In this document: piece by piece, positions 25,128 to 36,127 of the stretch
How positions within the stretch are numbered: position 1 is the first letter of the stretch
Layout of the letters: each line of letters opens with the position of its first letter
Assembly: GCF_001194135.2 (NCBI RefSeq)
Contig: NC_068986.1
Location: 21,800,805 to 21,854,281 of the forward strand
Direction: 5' to 3'
Length of the DNA stretch: 53,477 nucleotides
From: Octopus bimaculoides
Taxonomy: Eukaryota
The notes under the pieces: generated by a model
What the model saw: only the letters and a program-made list of their open reading frames with translations
Databases searched by the model: none
What the model was told of the DNA's origin: nothing
Translations under genes and position numbers: made by a program

Positions 25128-25247
25128 TTGAGTCAGATTGACACTTGTGTGAAAGACTACCTTGAAGCCTGGCCAGTGATTGCTATGGACTATTTATGTC
25201 GGTGCATAGATGTTTTACATGACAGCATCCATCACTTGATTTATTGT
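25128..25247 (+). CDS. Internal exon LSQIDTCVKDYLEAWPVIAMDYLCRCIDVLHDSIHHLIYC
   Basis: ttatcttcttccag acceptor, TGT|GTAAGT donor, 120 nt, phase 0-0, open. Confidence 0.8.
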
Positions 25248-25441
25248 GTAAGTTCTCATTCATAACTGAAACACAGTGCTTTCCACTCTGTGTGTGTCAT
25301 AAAATTGTCTGAGGTCAGAATATTTTATCTCTAATTTTTCACATTTGCAAATGATAACACTAATTACATATTTTGATAGTGCATGATTGCTCTTGTACAT
25401 AAACCTAAATATATTCTATCTTTCAGTTATATGAGATTTAA

Positions 25442-25815
25442 CCCTTTTGATACCACCCCACCTATGGTACAAACTTTCTGTTTTAATGTGGTCTAAATTA
25501 AAACCTTCCATCAAAATTCCATGTTAATTTATGTTCCAAATGTGGTGATCTGGGAGAATTGTTAGCATACCGGACAAAATGCTTAGTGGTATTTCATCTG
25601 TCTTTACGTTCTGAATTAAAATTCCTTTGAGGTCACCTTTGCCTTTCAACCTTTCAGGGTTGATAAAATAAGTACCAGTTGAGCACTGGGATTGATACAA
25701 TCAATTTAACCCCTCCTCCAAAATTCCAGGGTTTGTGCCTAATTTTTCATTACTTTCAAAATTGGAAGAAATGCTATTTATTTTAACAAAGTACGGTAAC
25801 AATGGTTTAAAAGGG
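25442..25815. mobile_element. piggyBac-type MITE containing a nested family B SINE (about 25545-25740)
   Basis: TTAA|CCCTTTTGATACCA...TGGTTTAAAAGGG|TTAA; an uninterrupted sibling lies at 40489-40696. Confidence 0.75.
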
Positions 25816-25974
25816 TTAATTTGGAAAAAAAATGTAGATTAATAGTGTGTTGTCTTGATTTTAATGAAACAAAATATGTCGTTCTTTAAAAGGCTGGGAA
25901 GCACTACCCTAAAATAATACAAAACTGTAAATGTAATTACTTTTAGAAATTGAAATTAATTACATGAGTTTTGT

Positions 25975-26270
25975 TCTACTCTTTACTCTTTTACTCTTTT
26001 ACTTGTTTCAGTCATTTGACTGTGGCCATGCTGGAGCACCGCCTTTAGTTGAGTAAATTGACTCCAGGACTTATTCTTTGTAAGCCTAGTACTTATCCTA
26101 TCGGTCTCTTTTGCCGAACCGCTAAGTTACGGGGCTGTAAACACACCAGCATCAGTTGTCAAGCGATGTTGTGGGGACAAACACAAACACACATACATAT
26201 ATACGACGGGCTTCTTTCAGTTTCTGTCTACCAAATCCACTCACAAGGCTTTGGTCGGCCTGAGGCTCAG
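25975..26270 (-). mobile_element. SINE family A, 5'-truncated
   Basis: (ttttactc)n tail and family A core. Confidence 0.75.
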
Positions 26271-26509
26271 TTGTGTGTGTGTGTGTATATCCCTTACCAC
26301 TGTTTGACAACTGGTGTTGCTTTGTTTATGTCCTTATACCTTAGTGGAATAAATGTCAGGCTTAAATAGAATAAATTTCAGGCTTAAATAGATAAACAAC
26401 AAACACACACACACATTAAACATATAATCAGTGAGTTCTATTGGAATGTTATCCTATTTCTTTTATTCAATGCACAATAGTTATGATGCATGCTTATCAT
26501 GTTTTGTAG

Positions 26510-26574
26510 GCATTACTTGGAATACAGCTGGAAATCAATGGAGGTTCTGAACAACTGAAGAAAGATATACAAAA
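26510..26574 (+). CDS. Internal exon ALLGIQLEINGGSEQLKKDIQ(K)
   Basis: gttttgtag acceptor, AA|GTAAGC donor, 65 nt, phase 0-2. Confidence 0.8.
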
Positions 26575-27062
26575 GTAAGCAATGTCAACTAATATTTTAT
26601 TATTATTATTATTATTATTATCATCAAAAGAGGTAGTATGGTGGACACGTTTGAAAGGGCTAAAAACAGGCACTTTCCTCTTTTCAAGTTTCACTTGAAA
26701 AGGAAGTTGGGGTTGGAGAGGGAAGTATTGCCTTGTAGCAAGTTTGTTGAAAGGTGGGTGAATGTTGAAAGAATGGCCAGTGTGAAAGGACCAATTCTGA
26801 GCTTACACCTGTAAAAAAAAAAGAAGGGTCTTGCCTTCAGGCACCCGTGGCTTTTCTGGGTTTTTCCATGAGGTCCTTAAAGCACCTCCCCTATTGGGAG
26901 TTTTAATTTGTTTAATTTTTAATTGTTATTTACATAATTTACACATTGTAAAACCCATTCTTTTGTCCTGTTTTTGCCTTTTATATTGTCGTATGTCTTT
27001 TAATGTAATTTTATGTGAGCCCTTGAGGCCAATAAAAGAATGAATTATTATTATTATCATTA

Positions 27063-27290
27063 TTAAGAAGGTGATGAGCTGACAGAATTGTTAGTATGCT
27101 GAGCAAAATGCTTGGCAGCATTTTGTCTGTTTTTATGTTCTGAGTTCAAATTCCACCGAGGCTGACTTTGCCTGTCATCCTTTTGGGGTCGATAAAGTAA
27201 ATACCAGCTCATCACTGGAGTCTATGTAATCGACTATCCCACTGCCCAGAAATTGCTGGCTTTGTGCCAAAATTTAAGACCATTATTATT
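27063..27290 (+). mobile_element. SINE family B copy in (TTA)n
   Basis: Matches family B consensus. Confidence 0.75.
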
Positions 27291-27350
27291 ATTATTATTG
27301 TTATTTAAGGCAGCAAGCAGGGATCTTTTTTATGATGTAATACTAATGTA

Positions 27351-27477
27351 CAGGGTGTCCATAAAGTCTGGGTACATGGGGATTAACACATACTTTAAGA
27401 AATTATTATTGCTTATATTTAACTGTTCATGTTATGATTTTATTTACTCTATGTACCCAGACCTTGTGGACACCCTG
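27351..27477. mobile_element. Tc1/mariner-type MITE
   Basis: TA|CAGGGTGTCCATAAAGTCTGGGTACAT...ATGTACCCAGACCTTGTGGACACCCTG|TA; ~27-bp TIRs with TA TSD. Confidence 0.85.
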
Positions 27478-27603
27478 TAGAAGCGATAGGATGGAAGCCT
27501 ACTGAAGACTGTTTGGAAATTGCAAAAAATTGGGAGATTCTATATGTGGATTAGGGATGAAAGCAAATGGCTCTAAAATAAAGCCCTTTTCTTTGTTTTA
27601 CAG

Positions 27604-27818
27604 ATTTATTAGGAGTTGTACACTTGATGGTATCAGTAACCTTCATAGTAGCTGTAATATGTCTTCCAGTGGAGACAGCTGGCAGACTTTGGATGTTCAA
27701 CCAGTTGTGCATACAGGTACATCCACTGCTAACTACCCAGCCAAAGGGGAAAAAGAAAGCAGTAAGACAATCTGTCTGACTATTGATCAAGGAAAAAATT
27801 TCAAATTTGAACCAGATG
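27604..27818 (+). CDS. Internal exon FIRSCTLDGISNLHSSCNMSSSGDSWQTLDVQPVVHTGTSTANYPAKGEKESSKTICLTIDQGKNFKFEPD
   Basis: cttttctttgttttacag acceptor, G|GTAAGT donor, 215 nt, phase 2-1; lies within ORF 27530..27868. Confidence 0.8.
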
Positions 27819-28134
27819 GTAAGTTTTGGCAAACAGTTTTTCATTTCACTGTGAGGGCAGCTTTTTAAAGGATCCCTATTGTTGTTTGTGACCATCCCAT
27901 CTATTGTTAAAACATAGTGTATTTAAAAAAGCACATTATCCAATATGCCCTGCCCTTTTTTTTTTTTTTTTTTTTTTGAGGCAACAGATGAAATTTGAAT
28001 ATTTGGCTGCTTATCAAAGAAAATTTATGAAAGATTCATTTTGTAAAGGTGTAATATAGAGGTGTATGTTTAAGGATAAATTCTGATTTAAAAGCCAGAT
28101 ATCTTATATAATTTCATGTTATATATGGCTTCAC

Positions 28135-28475
28135 GGAGACGATGACAAGTGATTGAGACCTTTTGTGATATGCTGTGCTTGAGAAGACTTGTCGAAGCCA
28201 AGTGAAATCATAGTCGTTGCCAATGTCATGTAAATGGCACCCCTGTGAAATTGTAGTTGTAGCTTTTGCCAGTGTTGTGTAAATGGCACTCGTGCCAGTG
28301 GCACATAAAAAGCACCCATTACTCTCTCAGAGTGGTTGGCGTTAGGAAGGGCATCCAGCTGTAGAAAGCCTGTCAAATCAGACTGGAACCTAGTTCTGCC
28401 ATCCAGCTTACCAGTTCCAGTCAAACTGCCTAACCCATGCCAGCATGGAAAGCAGACGTTAAATGATGATAATGG
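28135..28475 (+). mobile_element. RTE-tailed element copy
   Basis: gagtggttggcgttaggaagggcatccagctgtagaaa...acgttaaatgatgat. Confidence 0.7.
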
Positions 28476-28859
28476 TGGTGGTGGTGGTGGTGGTGGTGGT
28501 CACTGCTAGAAGACATGATTTTTTGAAGTGTTGCAGAAAAAGTCCTCCATGAGTCATAATGTATTAGTCATAATAAAATTAGTAGAAGTGTTATTGATCG
28601 TTCTAAATATATCCATCCAAACTCTGCCAGAATGGAAAGCAGATATAAATGGTGATGATGTATATTCTATTACATTTTGACTAATAAAACAGTAAAAGAA
28701 AGAACAGATGCTATTTAACCCCATGGTTTCTTCAGTGTATTTCTACATTGATCACCTACTTCAAGCTTACATCATTTCTGGGTAGCATTTATGCAATTAC
28801 TCAGTCTACTAGAAATAACTATGAAATCTTCTTCAAATCACATTTTCTTCTTCTTCTTC

Positions 28860-28909
28860 TTCATCATCATCGTCATCGTCATCAGCATCATCATCACCAC
28901 CATCACCAC

Positions 28910-28941
<32 letters not shown>

Positions 28942-28945
28942 GCAT
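28860..28945. repeat. (CAT/CAC)n microsatellite
   Basis: Directly visible; explains the poly-His ORF. Confidence 0.9.
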
Positions 28946-29169
28946 CATTTGTTTTCCATGCTGACGTGGGTTGGACACTCCTCTCTTAAAAATGGATTGA
29001 CTCACTGGACAATATAGTCGCTGATATACAAAAAAAAAAAAACCTGGTTACATCTGGAATATTTTTGATCATTAGACTGATTTAGAAATAAACAACAACA
29101 AAAGTTTATCATTCATTCTGATGAAACATCTGCCTATTTTCATACATCTACCCCCATGCATACTTTAAT

Positions 29170-29655
29170 TCATCATCATCATTTAACGTCCATTTTCCAT
29201 GCTAGCATGGGTTGGACGATTTGACTGAGGACTAGCGAACCAGATGGTTACACCAGACTCCAGTCTGATCTGGCAGAGTTTCTACAGCTGGATGCCCTTC
29301 CTAATGCCAACCACTCTGAGAGTGTAGTGGTTGCTTTTTACGTGCCACCGGCACGAGGGCCAGTCCGGCGGTACTGGTAACAGCCATGCTCAAATGGTGT
29401 TTTTTTACGTACCACCTGCACAGTAGTCAGTCCAATGTTTTGTTCACATGTCAACGGTGCTTTTTACGTGCCACCGGCACGGAAGCGAGACTGTTGCCCT
29501 GGCAGTGATCCCGCTCAGATGGTGCTGTTAGCACTCCACTAGCACGGGTGCCAGTCATCGAATTTGGATCAGTTTGGATCACACTTGCCCCAACAGGTCT
29601 TCACAAGCTGAGTTTAGTGTCCAATGAAGGAAGGTTGGCATGGGTGCCAGTCAAC
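29170..29655 (-). mobile_element. RTE-tailed element with ~65-bp internal tandem units
   Basis: (gat)n tail, RTE-like 3' motif, repeated gtgccaccggcac units. Confidence 0.75.
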
Positions 29656-29730
29656 GAGGCAAGTAAAATCGAAATCGAAAATTGAACTTTAATTATTGCA
29701 TCTAATACTCTGTGTTCTCTCAATTTTCAG

Positions 29731-29831
29731 AAAGCTGCAGGTTTTGTAAAGATTGGGCTGAGAAACTTATTAACAGTGACCGACACAATGCATTGTGTCT
29801 CAAAGTAACTATTGATTCATACAAGCTCCAG
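29731..29831 (+). CDS. Internal exon (E)SCRFCKDWAEKLINSDRHNALCLKVTIDSYKLQ
   Basis: ttctctcaattttcag acceptor, CAG|GTAGGA donor, 101 nt, phase 1-0. Confidence 0.8.
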
Positions 29832-30071
29832 GTAGGAAGGAATTATTTTTCACCAGCTTAACCACTTTTGTCTAACATACAATTATATTTCGTTTACAAA
29901 CACAATATATAAAATAGACTAACCAATTCTCTCTAAGATATCATTATGGTTCATTTATAAACACGAATGCGAAACAGACCTATACCCAACTAAATTCTAT
30001 ATAAACAATAAAAGAAAGATCCAAAGTCTGTTTTAATTAGTGTTGGTCTTTGTTGGCAAAAATTAATTAAA

Positions 30072-30625
30072 CTCTCTTTACTCTTTTACTTGTTTCAGTC
30101 ATTTGACTGCGGCCATGCTGGAGCACTACCTTTTAGTCGAGCAAATCGACCTTAGTACTTATTCTTTGGAAGCCTAGTACTTATTCTATCGGTCTCTTTT
30201 GCCGAACCGCTAGATTACGGGGACGTAAACACACCACCATCGGTTGTCAAGCGATGCTGGGGGGACAAACATAGACACACAAACATATACACACACATAC
30301 ATATATACATATATAAACGATTTGACCGAGGACTGGTGAACCAGAGGGCTGCACCAGGCTCCAATCTGATCTGGCAGAGTTTCTACAGCTGGATCCCCTT
30401 CCTAATGCCAAACACTCCGAGAGTGTAGTGGGTGCTTTACNNNNNNNNNNCTGGATCCCCTTCCTAATGCCAAACACTCCGAGAGTGTAGTGGGTGCTTT
30501 ACATGCCACCAGCACAAGGGCCAGTCATGCGGTACTGGCAACGGCCATGCTCAAAATGGTGTTTCTTTACGTGCCGCCTGCACAGCAGCCAGTCCAGCGG
30601 CACTGGCAACGACCTCGCTTGAATG
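30072..30625 (-). mobile_element. Family A SINE 3' half joined to an RTE-tailed element fragment (spans a 10-N gap)
   Basis: Family A 30072-30318, then acgatttgaccgaggactgg... RTE-tailed sequence. Confidence 0.65.
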
Positions 30626-30921
30626 ATTTTCTAATGTGCCAGTTTGAACATAAAACAGGTAGATTATTTTGGCCAGATATGACCAGTTTAAATGCTAAAG
30701 GGTTAAGGAGTGTATTTTATGCTCTCAAAATCTTTAATCAATAGTCTTTCACATGACATATTCTACTTTATATGTGAATTGACTGAATTACAAAAAACAA
30801 ATGAATTCAAAATTTCTTTATTTTAATCAAACATGAAAATTAAAACAGCTTATGAAGATTTTAAGACACAAAGTCTACATGTTATTGCTTGAAACTTTAC
30901 TGTTGAACTTTTCTTTTACAG

Positions 30922-30992
30922 TGTATACAAGATATAAATACTTTAAATAGATTCCTAAAACTTGCCGAAAATGACCATTATGCTTTATATAG
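30922..30992 (+). CDS. Internal exon CIQDINTLNRFLKLAENDHYALY
   Basis: ttttcttttacag acceptor, AG|GTAAGA donor, 71 nt, phase 0-2. Confidence 0.8.
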
Positions 30993-31077
30993 GTAAGAAC
31001 TGATTGTTTTTATGTTTTACTCTTCTCTTAGCCTTGTAGACTTAAATTTTTTCACACAAATTATTTTGTCTTTTAAG

Positions 31078-31219
31078 TTGGTGTCATTGCTGGATAGATG
31101 CTAGTTTAGTTTGCAGCAAATGCTTTGTGACTTCAATCCTTTTGATACCAATCTGATATCACTTCTTGTTTCATGATACAAAACTGACTGTTTTAAAGAG
31201 TTCGAACTCTTTTATCCTG
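31078..31219 (+). CDS. Penultimate exon WCHCWIDASLVCSKCFVTSILLIPI*YHFLFHDTKLTVLKSSNSFIL (in-frame TGA)
   Basis: ttttgtcttttaag acceptor, CTG|GTAATT donor; 142 nt supplies exactly the phase 2-to-0 bridge required; TGA at 31154-31156. Confidence 0.55.
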
Positions 31220-31475
31220 GTAATTTTAATATTTTACTCTAATAATACAGTTATGGCCAAAAGTTTGGAACATTTTTTAAAAATTAAAATTTTCATTCCC
31301 AAGTACAATTCGATTCAAATATATACACCATAGATATATACTTACCTAATAACTGATCCAATATCTAGAAGAAAATATAGGCAAAATCAAAAATATAGTT
31401 CTAGACTAAATTGCTACACCATATTGTAAATTAAATATAACTTTGGGCATTTAATATAAAAATTCTTATTTTCAG

Positions 31476-31712
31476 ACCTATGTTCCAAACTGTTGGCCAC
31501 AACTGTGTATGTTAAATATTGAAAATGGGGCAGCAATTGGTATTACTGATTTATATTTCAGGGCTTATATGTTTCTCAAATATTCTGGCTATACAAACAT
31601 CCTCTTGAAATACTGCCAGTTGTTAGACTTGAAATCAGATGACAAAGATGCTCTCGCAGTTCTGAAAGAATTCATTCAAGAAACTGAGGAAATGTCTCAA
31701 ACTATGTCGTGA
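31476..31712 (+). CDS. Terminal coding exon TYVPNCWPQLCMLNIENG...EEMSQTMS*
   Basis: ttcttattttcag acceptor, 78 open codons to TGA; includes ORF 31509..31712. Confidence 0.8.
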   Translation, partial: TYVPNCWPQLCMLNIENGAAIGITDLYFRAYMFLKYSGYTNILLKYCQLLDLKSDDKDALAVLKEFIQETEEMSQTMS

Positions 31713-32034
31713 AAAAGGGAAAAGAATGAACGAAAAAACCTGAAAACTCCAAATCACATATTGTAAATTGATATTGATTCTTGTTTTTATTTATTTTTGA
31801 TTTTTAAAAAAAAAATTTATTTATTTATTGATGATGATGGTTTATTTCTGTTGTGTTCCATACTGGTGCCTTTGGAGTATCGTAATGGAGTGATCGAGGG
31901 AAGGTATTGTTAGGTCTTGTTAGCTCAAAGTGATGATTCCTTCTTTTTTAAGGTCATTGTTAAATTGATATTTACTTCAGGTTAACATTTCAGTCTTAAA
32001 TTATTTTTATTATTGTTATTATTATTATTATTTT

Positions 32035-32260
32035 CAGCAAGCCAACGAGCTGGCAGAATTGTTAGCACTCCAAGCAAAATGCTTTAATAGCATTTCAGCC
32101 ATCTTTACATTCTGAGTTCAAATTCTGCCAAGGTCGACTTTGCCTTTCGTCCTTTTGGGGTCGATAAAATAAGTACCAGCTGTGTACTGGGGTCGATGTA
32201 ATTGACTAGCCCCCTCCCCCAAAATTTCAGGCCTTGTGCCTATAATAGAAAGGATCATTA
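32035..32260 (+). mobile_element. SINE family B copy
   Basis: Matches family B consensus; (tta)n flanks. Confidence 0.8.
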
Positions 32261-32694
32261 TTATTTTCGGTCTTAATGAAGCACTTACTTGTTAACAGCC
32301 GACATTGGTTTGACAGTTTTTAATTGCCAAAGGCACAACTATGATGGCTGTTCCTACAAGGAAGTGGTTTATCATGTTTAAGAGAGCAGTTAATTAATGA
32401 AAGCTTTTCAATCGAAGTTAAGCATTTGTATGTATGCATGTTACATCTAGAGAAAGAAGAGGGTTTATGTATATGTGTGTATATGTGAATATATCAATAT
32501 GTGCTTGTTGGAGTAATATATATGTATGTATAATGACTGATGAAACGCCAGTTCTTGGCCAAATTCTTATATTAAGGGTGACAAAGTTTATTATGCAAGT
32601 TTTGATTTTAGGTTCATCTGGGTTTATTTTTAATATTTTTATCACAAGATCTACCATATTTTCATCCCTTTTCTTGTAATGTAGCATACATCAG

Positions 32695-32737
<43 letters not shown>

Positions 32738-32934
32738 ATTACTTTTGAACCTTTTGTCTAAGGAGATACATGCAATATGTTGTGATATTAAAAAATCCTT
32801 TATATTCATATGAATATATATATATATATATAATAATATTAGGGATAAAGATCCAAATTTACAGGTAAAAACTCAATTAAATTCAATTTATCAAAAATTA
32901 AAATTAAATTAAGTTTTACAATATATAATAAATA

Positions 32935-33265
32935 AATATATAATTTAGAGAAAAGAACCAAAGTTCACGAACTCATCCACGAAAATCCACAGTCACATAT
33001 AGAAAAATTTAATTAGTAAATACACTAAAAAGAACTATAATAAAATACAAAGTAATAATCATTAAAATAATATCTAATATTAAAATATTATGTAATATTA
33101 AAATGATATGTAATATATTATTTTAATGTTTATTATTTTAATGATTATTACTTTGTATTTTATTATAGTTCTTTTTAGTGTGTTTACTTATTAAATTTTT
33201 CTATGTGACTGTGGATTTTCATGGATGAGTTCATGAACTTTAGTTCTTTTCTCTAAATTATATAT
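32935..33265. repeat. Near-perfect palindrome (~135-bp arms, AT-rich loop)
   Basis: aatttagagaaaagaaccaaagttcacgaactcatccacgaaaatccacagtcacat... pairs with ...atgtgactgtggattttcatggatgagttcatgaactttagttcttttctctaaatt. Confidence 0.85.
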
Positions 33266-35039
33266 ATATATATATATNNNNNNNNNNNNNNNNNNNNNNN
33301 NNNNNNNNNNNNNNNNNNNNNNTATATATTTAATATTTATATTAATGGAATGTATACACCATGTAGTGTTGTAGTGCATGTAACTAGAGAATTAGATGTA
33401 ATACAATAAATTTCACTCTTTGATTTGATGTGTGTGTATGTATATGTGTTGTGTGTTTGGTGTGTGAATGAAAACCTTGAAATCTGAATTATGTTGCCGG
33501 TTTTAGAATTCAAGTGAAATTGTTTTGTCACTATTTTTAATCCAAGTGTGAGATATTTTCTCCACCTTAAAAACTAGGAAGCATTAGCATTGCCATTTGA
33601 TCTCTGGATTACTGAGCAGTTTTAATCCACCATGCTATTACACTCACTGTTGAAAACCTGATAGCTGCATATAATGATAAAGTCTTATATAGCTTCCCAG
33701 TTGTAATGCAAAAATAATATTTTGTATTATGGTGCATAGTTAGTTATATTACTTCAGTTGGAATATAATTACTCTTTATAGAAAACAAGTAGTTACTCCC
33801 ATTAGAAAACAAAGTAATATAATTGCTTCCTTTAAAAAACAAAATAGCTTTTAACTTCTTGTTGACTGTTTTCAGTTTCCTGATTAGAACTGGTGTTGAT
33901 GGTCATTACAGTTTATTTTTGTTGTTAAATGATTGCCTGGTGCTTTGATCAGAAATGTTCTTTAAATTCAAGTGTAAATGGATCAGTTTTCACAAAGATT
34001 CTTTGATGATATTTTAAGAGTTGTTTTGAAACAAAACTATATAAATCTGAGCTTCCAAGAAATGTTGCTGAAGACAAAGACCAACTATTAGATTTCATTT
34101 TTTTTTTGTTTTTTTTTGTTTTTGGTTATATATATTAACATGAATTTTTTCATTACCATGAAAATTTCCATTTTCATAGTTTAAATAGTGTTGGACAAAA
34201 TGTGTAAAAGTCAGTGTGACTAATTCCATACTTTTGTCTTTTAAAAATGTTCTGGGCATTGCAAAACATCTAAATTTCATGCTGCTTATTTTATTGATGA
34301 CAACTATGTTCAGTTAGTGTTGTCTCCATCTTCTTAGCAAAATATTTGTGATCTTTGGATTATGGTTATTCAGTACTTCCATAGATTAAATGTCTTTGTG
34401 AATTTATGTGGGAAGCCCTTTTACTCTTAATTTGAAGTCTTGAGAAAACAGTCAGTCAAGTTGTTGACTGACATGAGAAATTAGAACAAGAAAGTTATGA
34501 ATTCTTATCTCAGGGAACTGGGTCTAATTGTTTAGCCAAAAAGTAAAAATGGAAGTAGGCATGTTTGCTAACAAATTAACTCCTTACGAAAATAGAGAAA
34601 CCTTTTGGTAAAATAAAGTCAATGAATCTAATAATTTTAATAAATTCTGTTTTAAAAGTATGATTAGCTCTTAGCATTTAAATCCTCCTGTTCAATGAAC
34701 ATCGGGCTACTAGAGTCTTCCAGTCATCTTTATCAAATGTCAGATCCCAAACCTCATCCTTTCATCCTGGGACCCTGTAGAGGGGTTTGATAGTGTTGAC
34801 TTCTGATTCTGGTAGTTTTGGTAGTGGTGAATTATTTTATGGGATTGGGTGCCAACCCACCACCAATACACCTTTTACAACACATTGGGACTGGCTTTGG
34901 TGGAGTATGATAAGAGTACTTGAATTCTATTTAGCAAATTTGTTCTCCGTAGTTATTTCAACCATTTTCAAATTTATTTTATAATTTTGGTAATGATTTA
35001 TTAAAGGCCGAAAATAAAAATAAAATACTTCAAATTTGT

Positions 35040-35330
35040 GTGAAGGTGCATGGCCTAGTGGTTGGGGTGTTGCACTTAGAATTCTGTGATCATAGTTTCA
35101 ATTCCCAGAGTGGGTGGTGTGTTGTGTTCTTGAGCAAAACACTTCATTTCACATTGCTGCAGTCCACTCAGCTGTAAATGAGTTCCACCAATAGCTCGGA
35201 AGTCAACCCTGCAATGGATCGCTGTCCCATTCAGTGAGGAGTGTTGTTACCTCAGTCACTTACTCACTAAGGAAACTGGATTAAGCTTATCCCGTCTTAT
35301 CAGTCCTGGGGCTCACAACAGGCCTAAGTC
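35040..35330 (+). mobile_element. tRNA-headed SINE with gagcaaaacacttcatttcacattgct central domain
   Basis: Head resembles the copy at 43032-43334; different 3' part. Confidence 0.55.
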
Positions 35331-35704
35331 CTAAGCATTTTTCTATTATTTTTCAGTGGATTGGATTGCCTTGCCCATGTTCAGCCCACTGCAGGACAGG
35401 GATCTCAGCATGTTCTCTCCACCAACCACAGTCTGATGTGGAGGTCATGAATTTGAGTTTCAGATCACACTGGCCCAAAGTAACTTGGCAGAGGGATGCG
35501 GTTTTTATACTCATACCCAGGAGTAAAGTCAATTACACTGACCTCGCTGCTCAACTGGTACTTGTAAATTTTTCAGTAGTAATATATAAAACGACTGAAA
35601 ACAGAAATAAAATACTTGAAATAAATCTTTATCACATCTAATTTAATAGCATCAATTCATATGGAATCCTTGAATTGGAATAACAATTTTTATACTTTTA
35701 TATA

Positions 35705-35910
35705 CTCTCTTTTACTCTTTTACTTGTTTCAGTCATTTGACTGTGGCCATGCTGGAGCACCGCCTTTAGTCGAGCAAATCGACCCCAGGACTTATTCTTT
35801 GTAAGCCTAGTACTTATTCTATCGGTCTCTTTTGCCGAACCGCTAAGTTACAGGGACATAAACACACCAGCATTGGTTGTCAAGCGATGTTGGGAGGAAC
35901 AAACAGACAC

Positions 35911-35970
<60 letters not shown>

Positions 35971-36127
35971 GATGGGCTTCTTTCAGTTTCCGTCTACCAA
36001 ATCCTCTCACAAGGCTTTGGTCGGCCCGAGGCTATAGTAGAAGACACTTGCCCAAGGTGCGATGCAGTGGGACTGAACCCGGAACCATATGGTTGGTAAG
36101 CAAGCTATTTACCACACAGCCACTCCT
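35705..36127 (-). mobile_element. SINE family A, full length
   Basis: Complete head to (ttttactc)n tail, internal (TA)n/(CATA)n. Confidence 0.85.

Larger units (their letters stand above)
1500..31712 (+). pseudogene. Multi-exon protein-coding-like locus (13 exons, 511 codons) with two internal in-frame stops; pseudogene or recoded gene, product unidentified
   Basis: Exons 1500-1606, 5500-5583, 6591-6716, 7829-7958, 9777-9884, 14779-14808, 25128-25247, 26510-26574, 27604-27818, 29731-29831, 30922-30992, 31078-31219 and 31476-31712 all have GT-AG boundaries. Junction phases chain (2,2,2,0,0,0,0,2,1,0,2,0) and lengths sum to 1536 nt. Internal stops are TAA 9813 and TGA 31154. Confidence 0.7.

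Noticed and set aside
28748-29017. Poly-His ORF
   Set aside because: (CAT)n microsatellite.
30389-30502. ~52-bp direct duplication either side of a 10-N gap
   Set aside because: Typical unmerged contig overlap (assembly artefact), not a biological tandem repeat.
31138-31150. ccttttgatacca in the penultimate exon is identical to the piggyBac MITE terminus, a possible editing-complementary partner
   Set aside because: Only 13 nt, AT-rich, and the nearest complementary MITE end is several kb away and mismatched; likely chance.
31713-32030. SECIS search for the in-frame TGA
   Set aside because: No AUGA/GA quartet with an apical AA in the right spacing was found by eye; selenocysteine not supported.
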